A stretch of DNA of 63,759 nucleotides, filler included. It is 7 parts of 7 records of this genome, joined end to end, with 100 filler letters (N's around TTAATTAATTAA, not from the genome) between each part and the next. Parts side by side here need not be neighbours in the genome. Positions count along the whole stretch, not along the records: positions 47,771 to 55,227 come from DRR723986_11279; positions 55,328 to 63,759 come from DRR723986_11283; 5 more parts are not named here. One strand, given 5' to 3'. The position numbers were made by a program, and so were the translations under genes. Positions 48,648 to 58,619 of the stretch are shown here, piece by piece; within the stretch, counting starts at the first letter, position 1, and each line of letters starts with the position of its first letter. The notes under the pieces are model-generated. The model had not been told where the DNA came from, did not search any database, and saw only the letters and a list, made by a program, of their open reading frames with translations.

Positions 48648-48809
48648 ATGACTGCCCAGATCCCCCTGCCCCAGACCTTGACCCAATCCGCCCCGGTCCA
48701 CAGCGCCGGAGAGCTGCTCGGCGACAGCCGCGTCGCCTATATCGCGCTGGAGGATCAGGTCTACACCCTGCGCCTGACACGGGCGGGCAAACTCTTGCTG
48801 ACCAAATGA
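48648..48809 (+). CDS. hemP: Hemin uptake protein HemP
   Basis: C-terminal YTLRLTRAGKLLLTK signature. GGAG RBS before ATG 48648. Confidence 0.9.
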   Translation: MTAQIPLPQTLTQSAPVHSAGELLGDSRVAYIALEDQVYTLRLTRAGKLLLTK

Positions 48810-49628
48810 TCAGCCGGGCATGCGCCCGCCGCTGATCCGGGTGATCTCGCGCGCCGCACGGGCAACGGCGGAGCCGAAGCCCGCCACGCTGGCCGCATCG
48901 AACCGCGCATCGGGGCCAGAGACGGAGACACCCGCACAGGGCAAGCCGTTCTCATCATAGATCGCCGCGCCCACGCAGGACATGCCGGAAAAGCGTTCCT
49001 CCCGGTCAAAGGAAAAGCCGCGCGCGCGGGTCAGGGCGAGGTCTTCGAACAAGGCGGCGGGGGTGGACAGCGTGTTGTCGGTGAACCGTTGCAGCCCCGC
49101 CCCCTGCAACAGCTTCTGCGCCTGATCCTCTGCCATCACCGCCAGAATCGCCTTGCCGGTGCCAGAAGCATGCATCGGCGTCCGTGCGCCTGGCGGGAAG
49201 AAGGCGCGCACCGGATTCTTGGTTTCCACCTGCCCGACAAACACAACCTCGGCCCCGTCCGGCACCGCAAGGTTCGCGGTCTCTGCCGTTTCGCGCATCA
49301 GTTGCGGCAGGATCACCTGCCCCGCCTCTACGATGCCATTGCTGGAGAGGTAAGAGACGCCGGTGCGATAGGCCTCCAACCCGATCATCCAGTCCTGCCG
49401 GTCCTCATCGAAACTGACGAAACCGCGTTTTTGCAAGGTGGTAAGGATGCGATGCGTGGTGGCGGTTGGAACGCCCGCCGACAGCGCCAGATCGGTTAGC
49501 GTCGCCCGTTCCGCCTGCGCCAGCGTGGTCAGAAGCCCAAGCGCCCGGTCGAGCGAGTTGAGCGTACTGGCAGAGCTTTCCTTGAACTGCGACTTGGGCC
49601 GCCCGCGGGCGCGTTTCTGATCTGTCAT
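48810..49628 (-). CDS. bhcR: IclR-family regulator of the beta-hydroxyaspartate cycle
   Basis: RARGRPK, SLDRAL, RAFFPPGAR, HASGTGKA. Divergent from bhcA. Confidence 0.88.
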   Translation of the reverse strand: MTDQKRARGRPKSQFKESSASTLNSLDRALGLLTTLAQAERATLTDLALSAGVPTATTHRILTTLQKRGFVSFDEDRQDWMIGLEAYRTGVSYLSSNGIVEAGQVILPQLMRETAETANLAVPDGAEVVFVGQVETKNPVRAFFPPGARTPMHASGTGKAILAVMAEDQAQKLLQGAGLQRFTDNTLSTPAALFEDLALTRARGFSFDREERFSGMSCVGAAIYDENGLPCAGVSVSGPDARFDAASVAGFGSAVARAAREITRISGGRMPG

Positions 49629-49693
49629 CCTGGGCCTGCTGTGGTTGCGAATCCGGGTATGCGGCGGGGTCATGCCGTTCCCATGCCATAGTT

Positions 49694-49710
49694 ATGGAAT
49701 TATTTTCCAT
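49694..49710. promoter_or_regulatory. IclR-type operator, candidate BhcR site
   Basis: Perfect-arm palindrome ATGGAA-N5-TTCCAT between bhcR and bhcA. A second palindrome TTTTCT-G-AGAAAA lies at 49778-49790. Confidence 0.6.
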
Positions 49711-49842
49711 TTTCTAGAGTAAATTATTTCTTATGTAATTCAGGGTGTTTAGTCACCTTAGGCCATTTTCAAAAACCTTTTCTGAGAAAATTGCAAAACC
49801 CGCCGCCCTGCCCGATCCTAGTGGCATAGCGGAGGATACCCC

Positions 49843-51033
49843 ATGTCGACCCAGAACCCGATTTTCATTCCCGGCCCGACCAACATGCCCGACCGGCTGC
49901 GCCTTGCGATGCATGTGCAGACGCAAGACCACCGCGCGCCCGATTTCGTCGATACCTTCGCCCCGGTGCTGGAGGACACAAAGCGCGTCTTTGGCAGCAC
50001 GGAGGGCAAAATCATCACCTTCCCCGCCAGCGGCACCGGCGGGTGGGAAGCATCTGTCACCAACACGCTGTCACCGGGCGACCGGGTTCTTGTCGCGCGT
50101 TACGGCATGTTCAGCCACCGCTGGATCGACCTGTGCCAGCGCCACGGGCTGGAGGTTCAGGTGATCGACTGCGACTGGGGCGCAGGTGCGCCTGCCGATG
50201 CGTTCGAGGCTGCGTTAAGCGCTGATAGCGCCCACAAGATCAAGGCCGTTCTTGTCACCCATAACGAGACCGCAACCGGCGTTGTCTCGGACATTGCCGC
50301 CGTGCGCCGAGCCATGGATGCGGCAAGCCACCCGGCGATGCTCTTCGTTGATTGCGTCAGTTCGCTGGCCTCGATGCCCTTCGAATTCGACGCCTGGGGC
50401 GTGGATATCGCGGTCTCCGGGTCTCAGAAAGGGTTCATGCTGGCCACCGGCATGGCGATCCTATGTGTCAGCCCCAAGGCGCTGGCGGCGATGGATCAGG
50501 CCACCCTGCCCCGCACCTTCTTTGATTTCCGCGACATGATGAAGGCCAATGCCTCGGGTGGGTTCCCCTACACCCCGCCGCTGCAACTGATCTACGGGCT
50601 GCGCGAAAGCCTGAAGATGCTGTTCGAGGAAGGGTTGGACAATGTCTATGCCCGCCACCACCGGCTGGCCGAGGGCGTGCGGCGGGCCGTTGACGCCTGG
50701 GGGCTGAGGCTGGTCGCGCAGTCGCCCGACCTCTATTCCGACACCGTCAGCGCGATCTATGTGCCCGAGGGCTTCGACAGCAACGCCCTGACAGATCACG
50801 CTTTTTCGGCCTATGGTGTCAGCTTTGGCATCGGGCTGGGGCAGATGAACGGAAAGGCCTTCCGCATCGGCCATCTGGGCAGCCTGACCGATGTCATGGT
50901 CCTGTCGGGACTGGCAACGATCGAAATGGCCATGGCGGATCTGGACTATCCGATCCGGCTTGGGTCAGGTGTGGCAGCAGCGCAGGAGTATTTCCGCGCC
51001 AGCCGCGCCGATGCCCTGAAATCGGCAGCATGA
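49843..51033 (+). CDS. bhcA: Aspartate-glyoxylate aminotransferase
   Basis: QNPIFIPGPTN, SGTGGWEA, HNETATGV, GSQKG, FRIGHLG. First gene of the four-gene bhc order. Confidence 0.92.
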   Translation: MSTQNPIFIPGPTNMPDRLRLAMHVQTQDHRAPDFVDTFAPVLEDTKRVFGSTEGKIITFPASGTGGWEASVTNTLSPGDRVLVARYGMFSHRWIDLCQRHGLEVQVIDCDWGAGAPADAFEAALSADSAHKIKAVLVTHNETATGVVSDIAAVRRAMDAASHPAMLFVDCVSSLASMPFEFDAWGVDIAVSGSQKGFMLATGMAILCVSPKALAAMDQATLPRTFFDFRDMMKANASGGFPYTPPLQLIYGLRESLKMLFEEGLDNVYARHHRLAEGVRRAVDAWGLRLVAQSPDLYSDTVSAIYVPEGFDSNALTDHAFSAYGVSFGIGLGQMNGKAFRIGHLGSLTDVMVLSGLATIEMAMADLDYPIRLGSGVAAAQEYFRASRADALKSAA

Positions 51034-51044
51034 GGAGGCCGGAG

Positions 51045-52019
51045 ATGCTGGACGCAACCACAGCCGTTGAAAGCCTGACCATCGACGACATGCGCGCGGC
51101 GCATGATCGGATCAGGCCGCATATCCGCCGGACGCCGGTCTTGCATTCAGAGTTTCTGAACGACCTGACCGGGGCCGAACTGTTTTTTAAGTGCGAGAAC
51201 CTGCAAGAGGCCGGGGCCTTCAAGGTGCGCGGGGCCTGTAACGCGGTCTTTGGCCTGTCCGAAGACATGGCCCAAGCGGGCGTCTGCACCCACAGTTCCG
51301 GCAACCATGCCTTGTCGCTGTCTTATGCGGCCGGGCGGCGGGGCATTCCCTGCAATGTCGTGATGCCGCGCACCGCGCCTCAGGCCAAGAAAGACGCCGT
51401 ACGCCGCTATGGCGGGATCATCACCGAATGCGAACCCTCGACCAGCAGCCGCGAGGCGGTTTTTGCCGAGGTTCAGGCGCGCACGGGGGGCGAGTTTGTC
51501 CATCCCTATAACGATCCGCGCGTGATCGCGGGTCAGGCGACCTGTTCGGCGGAACTGCTGGAGCAGACCGGCGGGCTGGATGCGGTCGTGGCCCCGATTG
51601 GTGGCGGCGGCATGATATCCGGCACCTGCCTGACGCTGTCGACCCTCGCGCCCGAAACGGCGATCTATGCGGCGGAACCCGAGCAGGCCGACGATGCCGC
51701 CCGCAGTTTCCGCGCCGGTCATATCATCGCCGATGACGCGCCCGAGACCATTGCCGACGGGCTGAAAGTGCCGCTGAAGGAAAACACCTGGCATTTCGTG
51801 TCCCGCTTCGTGACCGATGTGCAGACCGCCAGCGAGCAGGAGATCATCGACGCGATGAAACTGACCTGGAAAGCGCTGCGCGTGGTGATGGAACCCTCCA
51901 GCGCCGTGCCGCTGGCCACGATTTTGAAGAACCGAGACCTCTATGCCGGCCGCCGCGTCGGTGTCATCATCACCGGCGGTAACGTCGATCTGGACCGGTT
52001 GCCGTGGATGGTGGGCTAA
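51045..52019 (+). CDS. bhcB: Beta-hydroxyaspartate dehydratase
   Basis: FKCENLQEAGAFKVRGA, HSSGNH, PIGGGG, TIADGL, TGGNVD. Confidence 0.9.
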   Translation: MLDATTAVESLTIDDMRAAHDRIRPHIRRTPVLHSEFLNDLTGAELFFKCENLQEAGAFKVRGACNAVFGLSEDMAQAGVCTHSSGNHALSLSYAAGRRGIPCNVVMPRTAPQAKKDAVRRYGGIITECEPSTSSREAVFAEVQARTGGEFVHPYNDPRVIAGQATCSAELLEQTGGLDAVVAPIGGGGMISGTCLTLSTLAPETAIYAAEPEQADDAARSFRAGHIIADDAPETIADGLKVPLKENTWHFVSRFVTDVQTASEQEIIDAMKLTWKALRVVMEPSSAVPLATILKNRDLYAGRRVGVIITGGNVDLDRLPWMVG

Positions 52020-52058
52020 CAGCCCACCCTACGCCCCCATCCAACGAAGGAGTACACC

Positions 52059-53222
52059 ATGAAAGACCTGACCAATCTCGACGCTTACGACGTTGGCTTT
52101 GATATCCCCGCCAAGCCCGGTATGAACGAGGCAGACATCCAGACGCCCTGCCTGATCCTCGATCTGGACGCGTTGGAGCGAAATATCGTCAAGATGGGCG
52201 ACTACGCCAAGGCTCACGGAATGCGCCACCGGGTGCATGGAAAGATGCATAAATCCGTGGACGTTGCGCTTTTGCAGGAACGGCTTGGCGGCGCGGTCGG
52301 GGTTTGCTGCCAGAAGGTCAGCGAAGCCGAGGTTTTTGCGCGCGGCGGCATCAAGGATGTGCTGGTGTCCAACCAGGTGCGCGACCCGGCCAAGCTGGAT
52401 CGTCTGGCGCGGATGCCCAAACTGGGGGCGCGGGTGCTGGTCTGCGTCGACGACCTGGCCAATGTGGCGGAGCTTTCTGACGCCGCCAGCCGCCATGGCA
52501 CCGAGATCGAGTGCCTGATCGAGATCGACTGCGGCGCGGGGCGGTGCGGGGTGTCGTCATCGGGGGCGGTGGTGGAGATCGCCAAGGCCATTGACGCCGC
52601 AGAGGGGCTGCGCTTCACCGGCATTCAAGCCTATCAGGGCGCCATGCAGCATCTGGACAGCTACGCCGACCGCAAGGCCAAGCTCGACATCGCCATTGCC
52701 CAGGTCGCCGAGGCGGTTGCGGCGCTGAAAGCTGCGGGGCTGGAGCCAGAACTGGTGTCCGGCGGCGGCACCGGGTCTTACTATTTCGAAAGCAATTCAG
52801 GGGTGTATAATGAACTTCAATGCGGATCCTATGCCTTTATGGACGCCGACTATGGCCGCATCCTTGATGAGAAAGGCCAGCGGATCGACCAGGGCGAATG
52901 GGAAAACGCGCTGTTCATCCTGACCAGCGTCATGAGCCACGCGAAGGCGGACAAAGCCATCGTGGACGCCGGCCTGAAGGCGCAGTCGGTCGATAGCGGA
53001 CTGCCGGTGATCTTTGGGCGGGATGATGTGACCTACGCCAAATGCTCTGACGAACATGGGGTGGTCAGCGACCCGCAGGGCGTGCTGAAGGTCAACGACA
53101 AGCTGCGGCTGGTGCCGGGCCACTGCGACCCGACCTGCAATGTCCATGATTGGTATGTGGGCGTTCGGGGCGGCAAGGTCGAGGCGGTCTGGCCGGTGTC
53201 GGCCCGTGGCAAGGCCTACTGA
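52059..53222 (+). CDS. bhcC: Beta-hydroxyaspartate aldolase (alanine racemase-fold PLP enzyme)
   Basis: TPCLILDLD, RVHGKMHKS, GGGTGS, ELQCGSY, SDEHG, PGHCDPT. Confidence 0.92.
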   Translation: MKDLTNLDAYDVGFDIPAKPGMNEADIQTPCLILDLDALERNIVKMGDYAKAHGMRHRVHGKMHKSVDVALLQERLGGAVGVCCQKVSEAEVFARGGIKDVLVSNQVRDPAKLDRLARMPKLGARVLVCVDDLANVAELSDAASRHGTEIECLIEIDCGAGRCGVSSSGAVVEIAKAIDAAEGLRFTGIQAYQGAMQHLDSYADRKAKLDIAIAQVAEAVAALKAAGLEPELVSGGGTGSYYFESNSGVYNELQCGSYAFMDADYGRILDEKGQRIDQGEWENALFILTSVMSHAKADKAIVDAGLKAQSVDSGLPVIFGRDDVTYAKCSDEHGVVSDPQGVLKVNDKLRLVPGHCDPTCNVHDWYVGVRGGKVEAVWPVSARGKAY

Positions 53223-53294
53223 GCCCTGCCCACACTGACATAGACGGGGTCGGCCCGACCGGCCCCGCCCGACATTCCCGAGAAAGCGCCTACC

Positions 53295-54260
53295 ATGATC
53301 ATCGTTCCAGAACGCGCAATCCCCGACCTGCTGACGCGCGACGCCTCTTACAGGGCGGTCGAAAACGTCTTTGCCGCCATGGCGTCGGGCGATGCCTACA
53401 ACTTCCCTGTCATCCGCGAAGCCATCGGCCATGAAGACGCGCTCTACGGCTTCAAGGGCGGCTTTGACCGCGTCGGCGGATCGCTTGGCCTAAAGGCCGG
53501 GGGTTACTGGCCTCACAATCTCGACAAGCGCGGCATCATCAACCACCAGTCCACCGTTTTTCTGTTCGATCCCGATACCGGTATGGTGCGCGCCATGGTG
53601 GGCGGCAATTACTCCACCGCGTTGCGCACCGCTGCCGCATCTTCGGTGTCGATCAACCATCTGGCCCGCAAGGATGCCCGCGTGATGGGCATGGTCGGCG
53701 CCGGCCATCAGGCCACATTCCAGCTGCGCGCCGCGCTGGAGCAGCGTCCGTTCGAGAAGGTGATCGGCTGGAACTATCACCCCGAGATGCTGTCCAATCT
53801 GGAAAAGGTTGCAGCCGAGGCAGGTCTGCCCTTCGAGGCGGTCGAGCTTGGCGGGCTGGTTGAGGCCGACGTGATCATCACGATCACCTCCAGCTTCGCA
53901 CCGATCCTGCTGGAACACCATGTCAGTCCCGGCACGCATATCGCCTGCATGGGCACCGACACGAAGGGCAAACAGGAAGCCAGCGCCGACCTGGTCGCGA
54001 GCGCCACGCTGTTCACGGACGAAGTGGCGCAGTCGATGTCCATCGGTGAATGCCAGCACGCGATTGCCGCAGGGCTGATCACGGAAGCCAGCATTTCCCA
54101 GATCGGCGCGGTGATCAATGGCAGCCATCCGGGACGCAGCTCGGCGGATGAAATCACGCTGTTTGACGGCACCGGTGTCGGGCTTCAGGATCTGGCGGTT
54201 TCCGCCGCCCTGGTCGATCTGGCGGTCGAAAAGGGTGTCGCCATCAAGGTCGATCTGTAA
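53295..54260 (+). CDS. bhcD: Iminosuccinate reductase (ornithine cyclodeaminase family)
   Basis: GLKAGGYWP, TALRTAAAS, GAGHQA, MGTDTKGKQE, FDGTGVGLQD. Confidence 0.92.
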   Translation: MIIVPERAIPDLLTRDASYRAVENVFAAMASGDAYNFPVIREAIGHEDALYGFKGGFDRVGGSLGLKAGGYWPHNLDKRGIINHQSTVFLFDPDTGMVRAMVGGNYSTALRTAAASSVSINHLARKDARVMGMVGAGHQATFQLRAALEQRPFEKVIGWNYHPEMLSNLEKVAAEAGLPFEAVELGGLVEADVIITITSSFAPILLEHHVSPGTHIACMGTDTKGKQEASADLVASATLFTDEVAQSMSIGECQHAIAAGLITEASISQIGAVINGSHPGRSSADEITLFDGTGVGLQDLAVSAALVDLAVEKGVAIKVDL

Positions 54261-54267
54261 ACGCGTG

Positions 54268-55116
54268 TCACTGTGGCCATTCCTGGCGGACATCCCAGGC
54301 CAGATCCTGAACCGAGGCGACGCGGGATCCGCCACCCGGCGTGGCCTCGACATATCCGACCAGGGTGAAGGGCAATTCGCCGGAAATGGCCCCCGCGACA
54401 ATCCCGTCAATAAGGATCGTCTCGCGCCCCGGCACCGGGGTGCGGGGCAGATCGGCCTCGGTGAACATCAGCGCAATCAGCTCGGCGCAGAACAGCTCGG
54501 ACGGGTCGCCCGCGTCGAATCGCATATCAAAGGGCGTGCCCATCTGCGCCATGCCCCGGCGCAACGCACGTGCCCGGTCGGCGGGACGCGGGCGCAAGGC
54601 CACCACGGCATCGGTATCCAGCACGACCTCGGCGGGTGCCAGACGGACTCCGCCATCGACCGCTTCCAGATAGAGATTGCCTGCCCGGATCTGGTCATGA
54701 AACGGCACCAGTTCCGGCAGATGCCACAGACCCGCCGTGCGCAACTGCGCCTCGGTCCCGATATAGGTCGCCCCATGGGTGAACTGGCCGGGGATCAGCA
54801 GGCCCGAGACGCGGTTGTCGGAATGAAAGAACACCAGGTCCATCGGGCGCAAGGTGCTTTCCAGCAGGGCCGTCGCTTCGGGTTGCGTCGTCATACGGCC
54901 GGGGCGGAACTGGATCAGCCCAAGCTGGCGCATGGTTTCGACATTGGCATCAGCCAGTGCGATCATCCAATCCGGGTAGGGGCCTGTACCCTCGCAGCAA
55001 CCGGCGACGATCTCGGCGGGTGCGGCTTGCGCGGCTTGCGCGGGCACGGGCCGGTCGCCACAACTGGTCAGCGCCAGCAGGCCCAAAACCGCAATCCCCC
55101 TGGCCAATCCCGTCAT
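54268..55116 (-). CDS. Lipoprotein, permuted NlpC/P60 papain-like family (YiiX/YebB-like)
   Basis: Lipobox LTS-C, LRPMDLVF, FTHGATYIG (His first), PFDMRFD...LFCAELI (Cys last). Confidence 0.8.
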   Translation of the reverse strand: MTGLARGIAVLGLLALTSCGDRPVPAQAAQAAPAEIVAGCCEGTGPYPDWMIALADANVETMRQLGLIQFRPGRMTTQPEATALLESTLRPMDLVFFHSDNRVSGLLIPGQFTHGATYIGTEAQLRTAGLWHLPELVPFHDQIRAGNLYLEAVDGGVRLAPAEVVLDTDAVVALRPRPADRARALRRGMAQMGTPFDMRFDAGDPSELFCAELIALMFTEADLPRTPVPGRETILIDGIVAGAISGELPFTLVGYVEATPGGGSRVASVQDLAWDVRQEWPQ

Positions 55117-55203
55117 GCCATATCCTTCCCTGAACATGCCGTCAGCCTGACAGAGAATGCCCAAAAGGTCACCTGCCCGGTTCGGTCTTTCAGGGTGAGG
55201 ACT

Positions 55204-55227
55204 TGGTGCGGGTGGAGGGACTTGAAC
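55204..55227 (-). tRNA. tRNA 3' end (T-arm, acceptor strand, CCA), probably tRNA-Leu
   Basis: Minus strand reads GTTCAAGTCCCTCCACCCGCACCA. The anticodon is lost in the spacer, so identity is inferred from the acceptor stem and proximity to tig. Confidence 0.8.
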
Positions 55228-55327
55228 NNNNNNNNNNNNNNNNNNNNNNNNNNNNNNNNNNNNNNNNNNNNTTAATTAATTAANNNNNNNNNNNNNNNNN
55301 NNNNNNNNNNNNNNNNNNNNNNNNNNN
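55228..55327. other. Artificial contig spacer
   Basis: N44-TTAATTAATTAA-N44. Confidence 0.98.
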
Positions 55328-56278
55328 CTTGCCAACGGCACGGTAAAGATCGTGGTGAAAGGCCTGAAAATCTGGATCACCCTGCCGGGCAAACCGGCGT
55401 TGATGATCCGCATCCGCGCCGACGCGATCTTCGAGAAAGCCAAGCGGGTAGCTGTCCCAACTGGCAAAATCCAGATCTTCGCCAACCTTGAAATGGTCAA
55501 AATCGGTGATCCGCCCCATGTAGTTATGGGTGATCGGCGCATCCGAATGGGCGCGGATGATCTCAACCTGCGAGCGGTTGAAGGCCACAACCTGATCCGA
55601 GGCAAAGCGGCGGAAGGCCAGCGCATGGGCAGGGTTTGGTTCCGTCACCGTGAGGTTGGGCAGATCGATCTGGTCAAAATCATCGTAGTCCATCGACCAG
55701 AACACATTGCCCCAGGCGGCATTCAACGCCGCAATATCCCCGTCATTTCCAGCGCCGGGATAGCGGGTGCGCAGCCATCCGCGAAAGGCATCGCGGGCCG
55801 CAATGCTGTAGGAAATGGTTGTGTCGTGACAGCCATATTCATTGTCGGTCTGCCATGCCGCCACATGCGGGTTGCGGCCATAGCGTTCGGCCAATGCCGT
55901 GACGATACGGGCACATTCTGCGTGATACCCCGCATGGGAAAAACAATAGTGCCGCCGCGATCCAAATCCGCGCGGGCGGCCTTCGGCATCGAGGGCCAGC
56001 ATATCGGGATGTTTGTCCACGACCCAACGCGGCGGTGTTGCGGTGGGCGTGCCCAGCACGACCCTTAGCCCGGCAGCGCCCAATGTTTCGATCGCACGGT
56101 CAAGCCAGTCAAAGGTGAACTCACCCGGCACCGCCTCCAGTCGCGACCAGGCAAACTCGCCAATCCGCACCCAGGTCAACCCGGCCTCGACCATACGCCG
56201 CGCATCTTCGGCCCAGATCTCTTCGGGCCAGTGTTCAGGGTAGTAACAGGTGCCAAGGCTGCGTTTCAAATTGGTCAT
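55328..56278 (-). CDS. Beta-galactosidase GH42, 3'-truncated (second copy)
   Basis: [23 protein letters not shown]. Confidence 0.93.
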
Positions 56279-57126
56279 AGAATGACCTGATGTTCGCGTT
56301 GGCCGGTCACATCTGTCTGGATCACAAAAGTCTGGCCGCCCTGCGCCTCGTCCAGATGCACAGCAGCAGAGGTGGCATAAAGCGTGGTCAGATCCGGCCC
56401 GCCAAATGAAGGGCAAGTCATCTGGGATGCGGGATAATCTATCGCCGACAGAAACTTCCCCTGCGGATCATAGCGGGCAATCCGCCCCGCGCCCCATAGC
56501 GCCAGCCAGATGCATCCGGTGCTGTCCACAACAGCGCCATCGGGGTTCAGACCCTGTTCGCGCAAATCAATAAACACCTCAGGCGTGCCATCGGGCCAAC
56601 CATCCGGCCCAAGAGGTTGGCGCATGACCTGCCGGCTGTGGGTGTCGGTGAAATAGGCGCAGGCCCCATCGGGGGCAAAGCAGATGGCGTTCGAGACAGA
56701 GATATCACCGTAAAGCTTGCGCAGCTCACCCTTGTAGAAACGGTAGATAGAACCCGCGCCTGTCTCAGCCGATTTGCCCATTGTTCCGATCCAGAAGCCG
56801 CCGAAGGGGTCGGCACGGCCATCGTTGGACCGTGTGATCGTGTTGTCCACCTCCAGCCCGATCACCCATTCACTTTCGCCGGTGTTCAGATCAAAGGTTG
56901 AAAGGCTGGTTTCCGATGCGATGAGCAAGCGGTTTTCGTCGACCCATCCGGCGGCGGAAACATGTTCGTCAAATTGCCATTCGAGGGTTTCCTCACCAAT
57001 CCGGCTCATCAAACATTTGCGCAAGATGTCGAACCAGAAGAACTGCGCCCGCAGCGGATGCCAAAGCGGCCCTTCGCCAAGAACGCAGGCGCGGTCGTCA
57101 AATATCTCAACTGCACTCATGTCCAT
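56275..57126 (-). CDS. SMP-30/gluconolactonase family lactonase (second copy)
   Basis: LGEGPLW, RSNDG, PDGA, CPSFGG. Start at 57126 or 57120. Confidence 0.88.
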   Translation of the reverse strand: MDMSAVEIFDDRACVLGEGPLWHPLRAQFFWFDILRKCLMSRIGEETLEWQFDEHVSAAGWVDENRLLIASETSLSTFDLNTGESEWVIGLEVDNTITRSNDGRADPFGGFWIGTMGKSAETGAGSIYRFYKGELRKLYGDISVSNAICFAPDGACAYFTDTHSRQVMRQPLGPDGWPDGTPEVFIDLREQGLNPDGAVVDSTGCIWLALWGAGRIARYDPQGKFLSAIDYPASQMTCPSFGGPDLTTLYATSAAVHLDEAQGGQTFVIQTDVTGQREHQVIL

Positions 57127-57722
57127 GCCTCATCAAAAGCTGCGGTGATGGCCTGCGCCTTTGCGCCGACTTCTGCTGCGGTTAGGCCGGGTGTATAAAC
57201 CCCTGTTCCGATGCCAAAACCTGTCACACCTGCCGCCCGCCACTCGGCAAAGTTGTCCGGCCCCACACCGCCAACCGCAAAGGCTTGCGTGCCTTTGGGC
57301 AACACCGCCGATATCGCCTTGAGGCCAGCAGTGCCCACCAGAAATGACGGAAAGAATTTCAACCCGTCCGCCCCGTGATGCAGTGCGGAAAAACATTCGG
57401 TCGGGCTCATCACGCCGGGAAAAGACAACATGCCCGCCGCCTTGGTGGCGGTGATAACATCGCTGTTGCAATCGGGGGAAACGATCAATTTGCCACCGCA
57501 ATTCGCAACATCCGCCACATTCTTGGCCGTTAATACCGTACCCGCCCCGATCAGCGCGTGATCGCCAAACGCCTTCGCCAATGCCTCAATACTGCGCAGC
57601 GGATCAGGCGAGTTGAGCGGCACTTCGATCCGGTCAATGCCGGCATCAATCAGCGCCCTGCCAATGGGCACGGCCTCATCCGGGGTGACACCGCGCAGGA
57701 TGGCAATGATGGGGCGGCTCAT
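57117..57722 (-). CDS. dgoA: 2-dehydro-3-deoxy-6-phosphogalactonate aldolase (second copy)
   Basis: [24 protein letters not shown]. Confidence 0.92.
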   Translation of the reverse strand: MSRPIIAILRGVTPDEAVPIGRALIDAGIDRIEVPLNSPDPLRSIEALAKAFGDHALIGAGTVLTAKNVADVANCGGKLIVSPDCNSDVITATKAAGMLSFPGVMSPTECFSALHHGADGLKFFPSFLVGTAGLKAISAVLPKGTQAFAVGGVGPDNFAEWRAAGVTGFGIGTGVYTPGLTAAEVGAKAQAITAAFDEAWT

Positions 57723-58615
57723 AATGGTATCTCCTGAAGGGATGCATAGGCGGCTGAGAGCCCGGCGAGGGTCATTTCGTCCGCATTGGTGTGTTCCGGT
57801 TGCAAGCCTTGCGCGGCCAACGCTTCGGCATATCGGGCGCACAGGGCGGCATCGCCGATCAGAGCGACCCTTTGGCCCAGCCAATAGGGTTTCGTCGCAG
57901 CCAATTCGAGACCGATGAGTAAGCCCGAAAGCCGGGCGCGGGCGCTGTCCGGTGCGGGCGGGCGCAGCAGGCTATCGGCGCGGATCTGAAACAGCTTGGC
58001 CGCGATGGCTTGCGGGCGCGACATCGCATCTGAAAGCGCTTCGGCAAAAGCGGCATCGTCCCAGCCCGGCCCAATCGAATGGCGCAGGACGGATTGCCCA
58101 GACAGCAGGGCAAACAGCTCTCCGGTCATGGCGGTTTGAAAGCTGACGATCTCTCCGGCGCTGATCTGCGCCCATTTGGTGTGGGTGCCGGGCAGACACA
58201 GCACACCGTCAAAATCCGGTGTCTGGGCCAGAAAACCGGTGATCTGGGTTTCTTCGCCGCGCATCACATCTGCGGGCTTGTCCTGCGACACGCCGGGAAG
58301 AATAAACATTTGAAGCCGTGCATCAGCCACCTTTGGCCGGGTGGCATTGCCGATCCCGGGCGGCGTACATGGCACCTTGGCATAGGGCGCTTCGGTCCAG
58401 CCTTGCCGCGCGCCGACCATCCCGCAAGCAATCACCGGCACAGGCCCGTCAAGGTAAGGGCCAACCAGATCCAGCAGCGCCGCTTCAAACTGGTCGGGTG
58501 CCAGCCCGCCCATGCCCTTGTCAGATCGCAAAAGCCGGGGCGCGCCCGCCCCCATCAGCCAGACCCGCAGAGCAGAAGTGCCCCAATCGACGGCAATCCA
58601 TTCAACCGCGTTCAT
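57719..58615 (-). CDS. dgoK: 2-dehydro-3-deoxygalactonokinase (second copy)
   Basis: [22 protein letters not shown]. Confidence 0.94.
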   Translation of the reverse strand: MNAVEWIAVDWGTSALRVWLMGAGAPRLLRSDKGMGGLAPDQFEAALLDLVGPYLDGPVPVIACGMVGARQGWTEAPYAKVPCTPPGIGNATRPKVADARLQMFILPGVSQDKPADVMRGEETQITGFLAQTPDFDGVLCLPGTHTKWAQISAGEIVSFQTAMTGELFALLSGQSVLRHSIGPGWDDAAFAEALSDAMSRPQAIAAKLFQIRADSLLRPPAPDSARARLSGLLIGLELAATKPYWLGQRVALIGDAALCARYAEALAAQGLQPEHTNADEMTLAGLSAAYASLQEIPL

Positions 58616-58619
58616 TTTG

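Noticed and set aside
49843..54260. Four-enzyme operon as a new pathway
   Set aside because: It matches the already described beta-hydroxyaspartate cycle (bhcABCD) in gene order and motifs.
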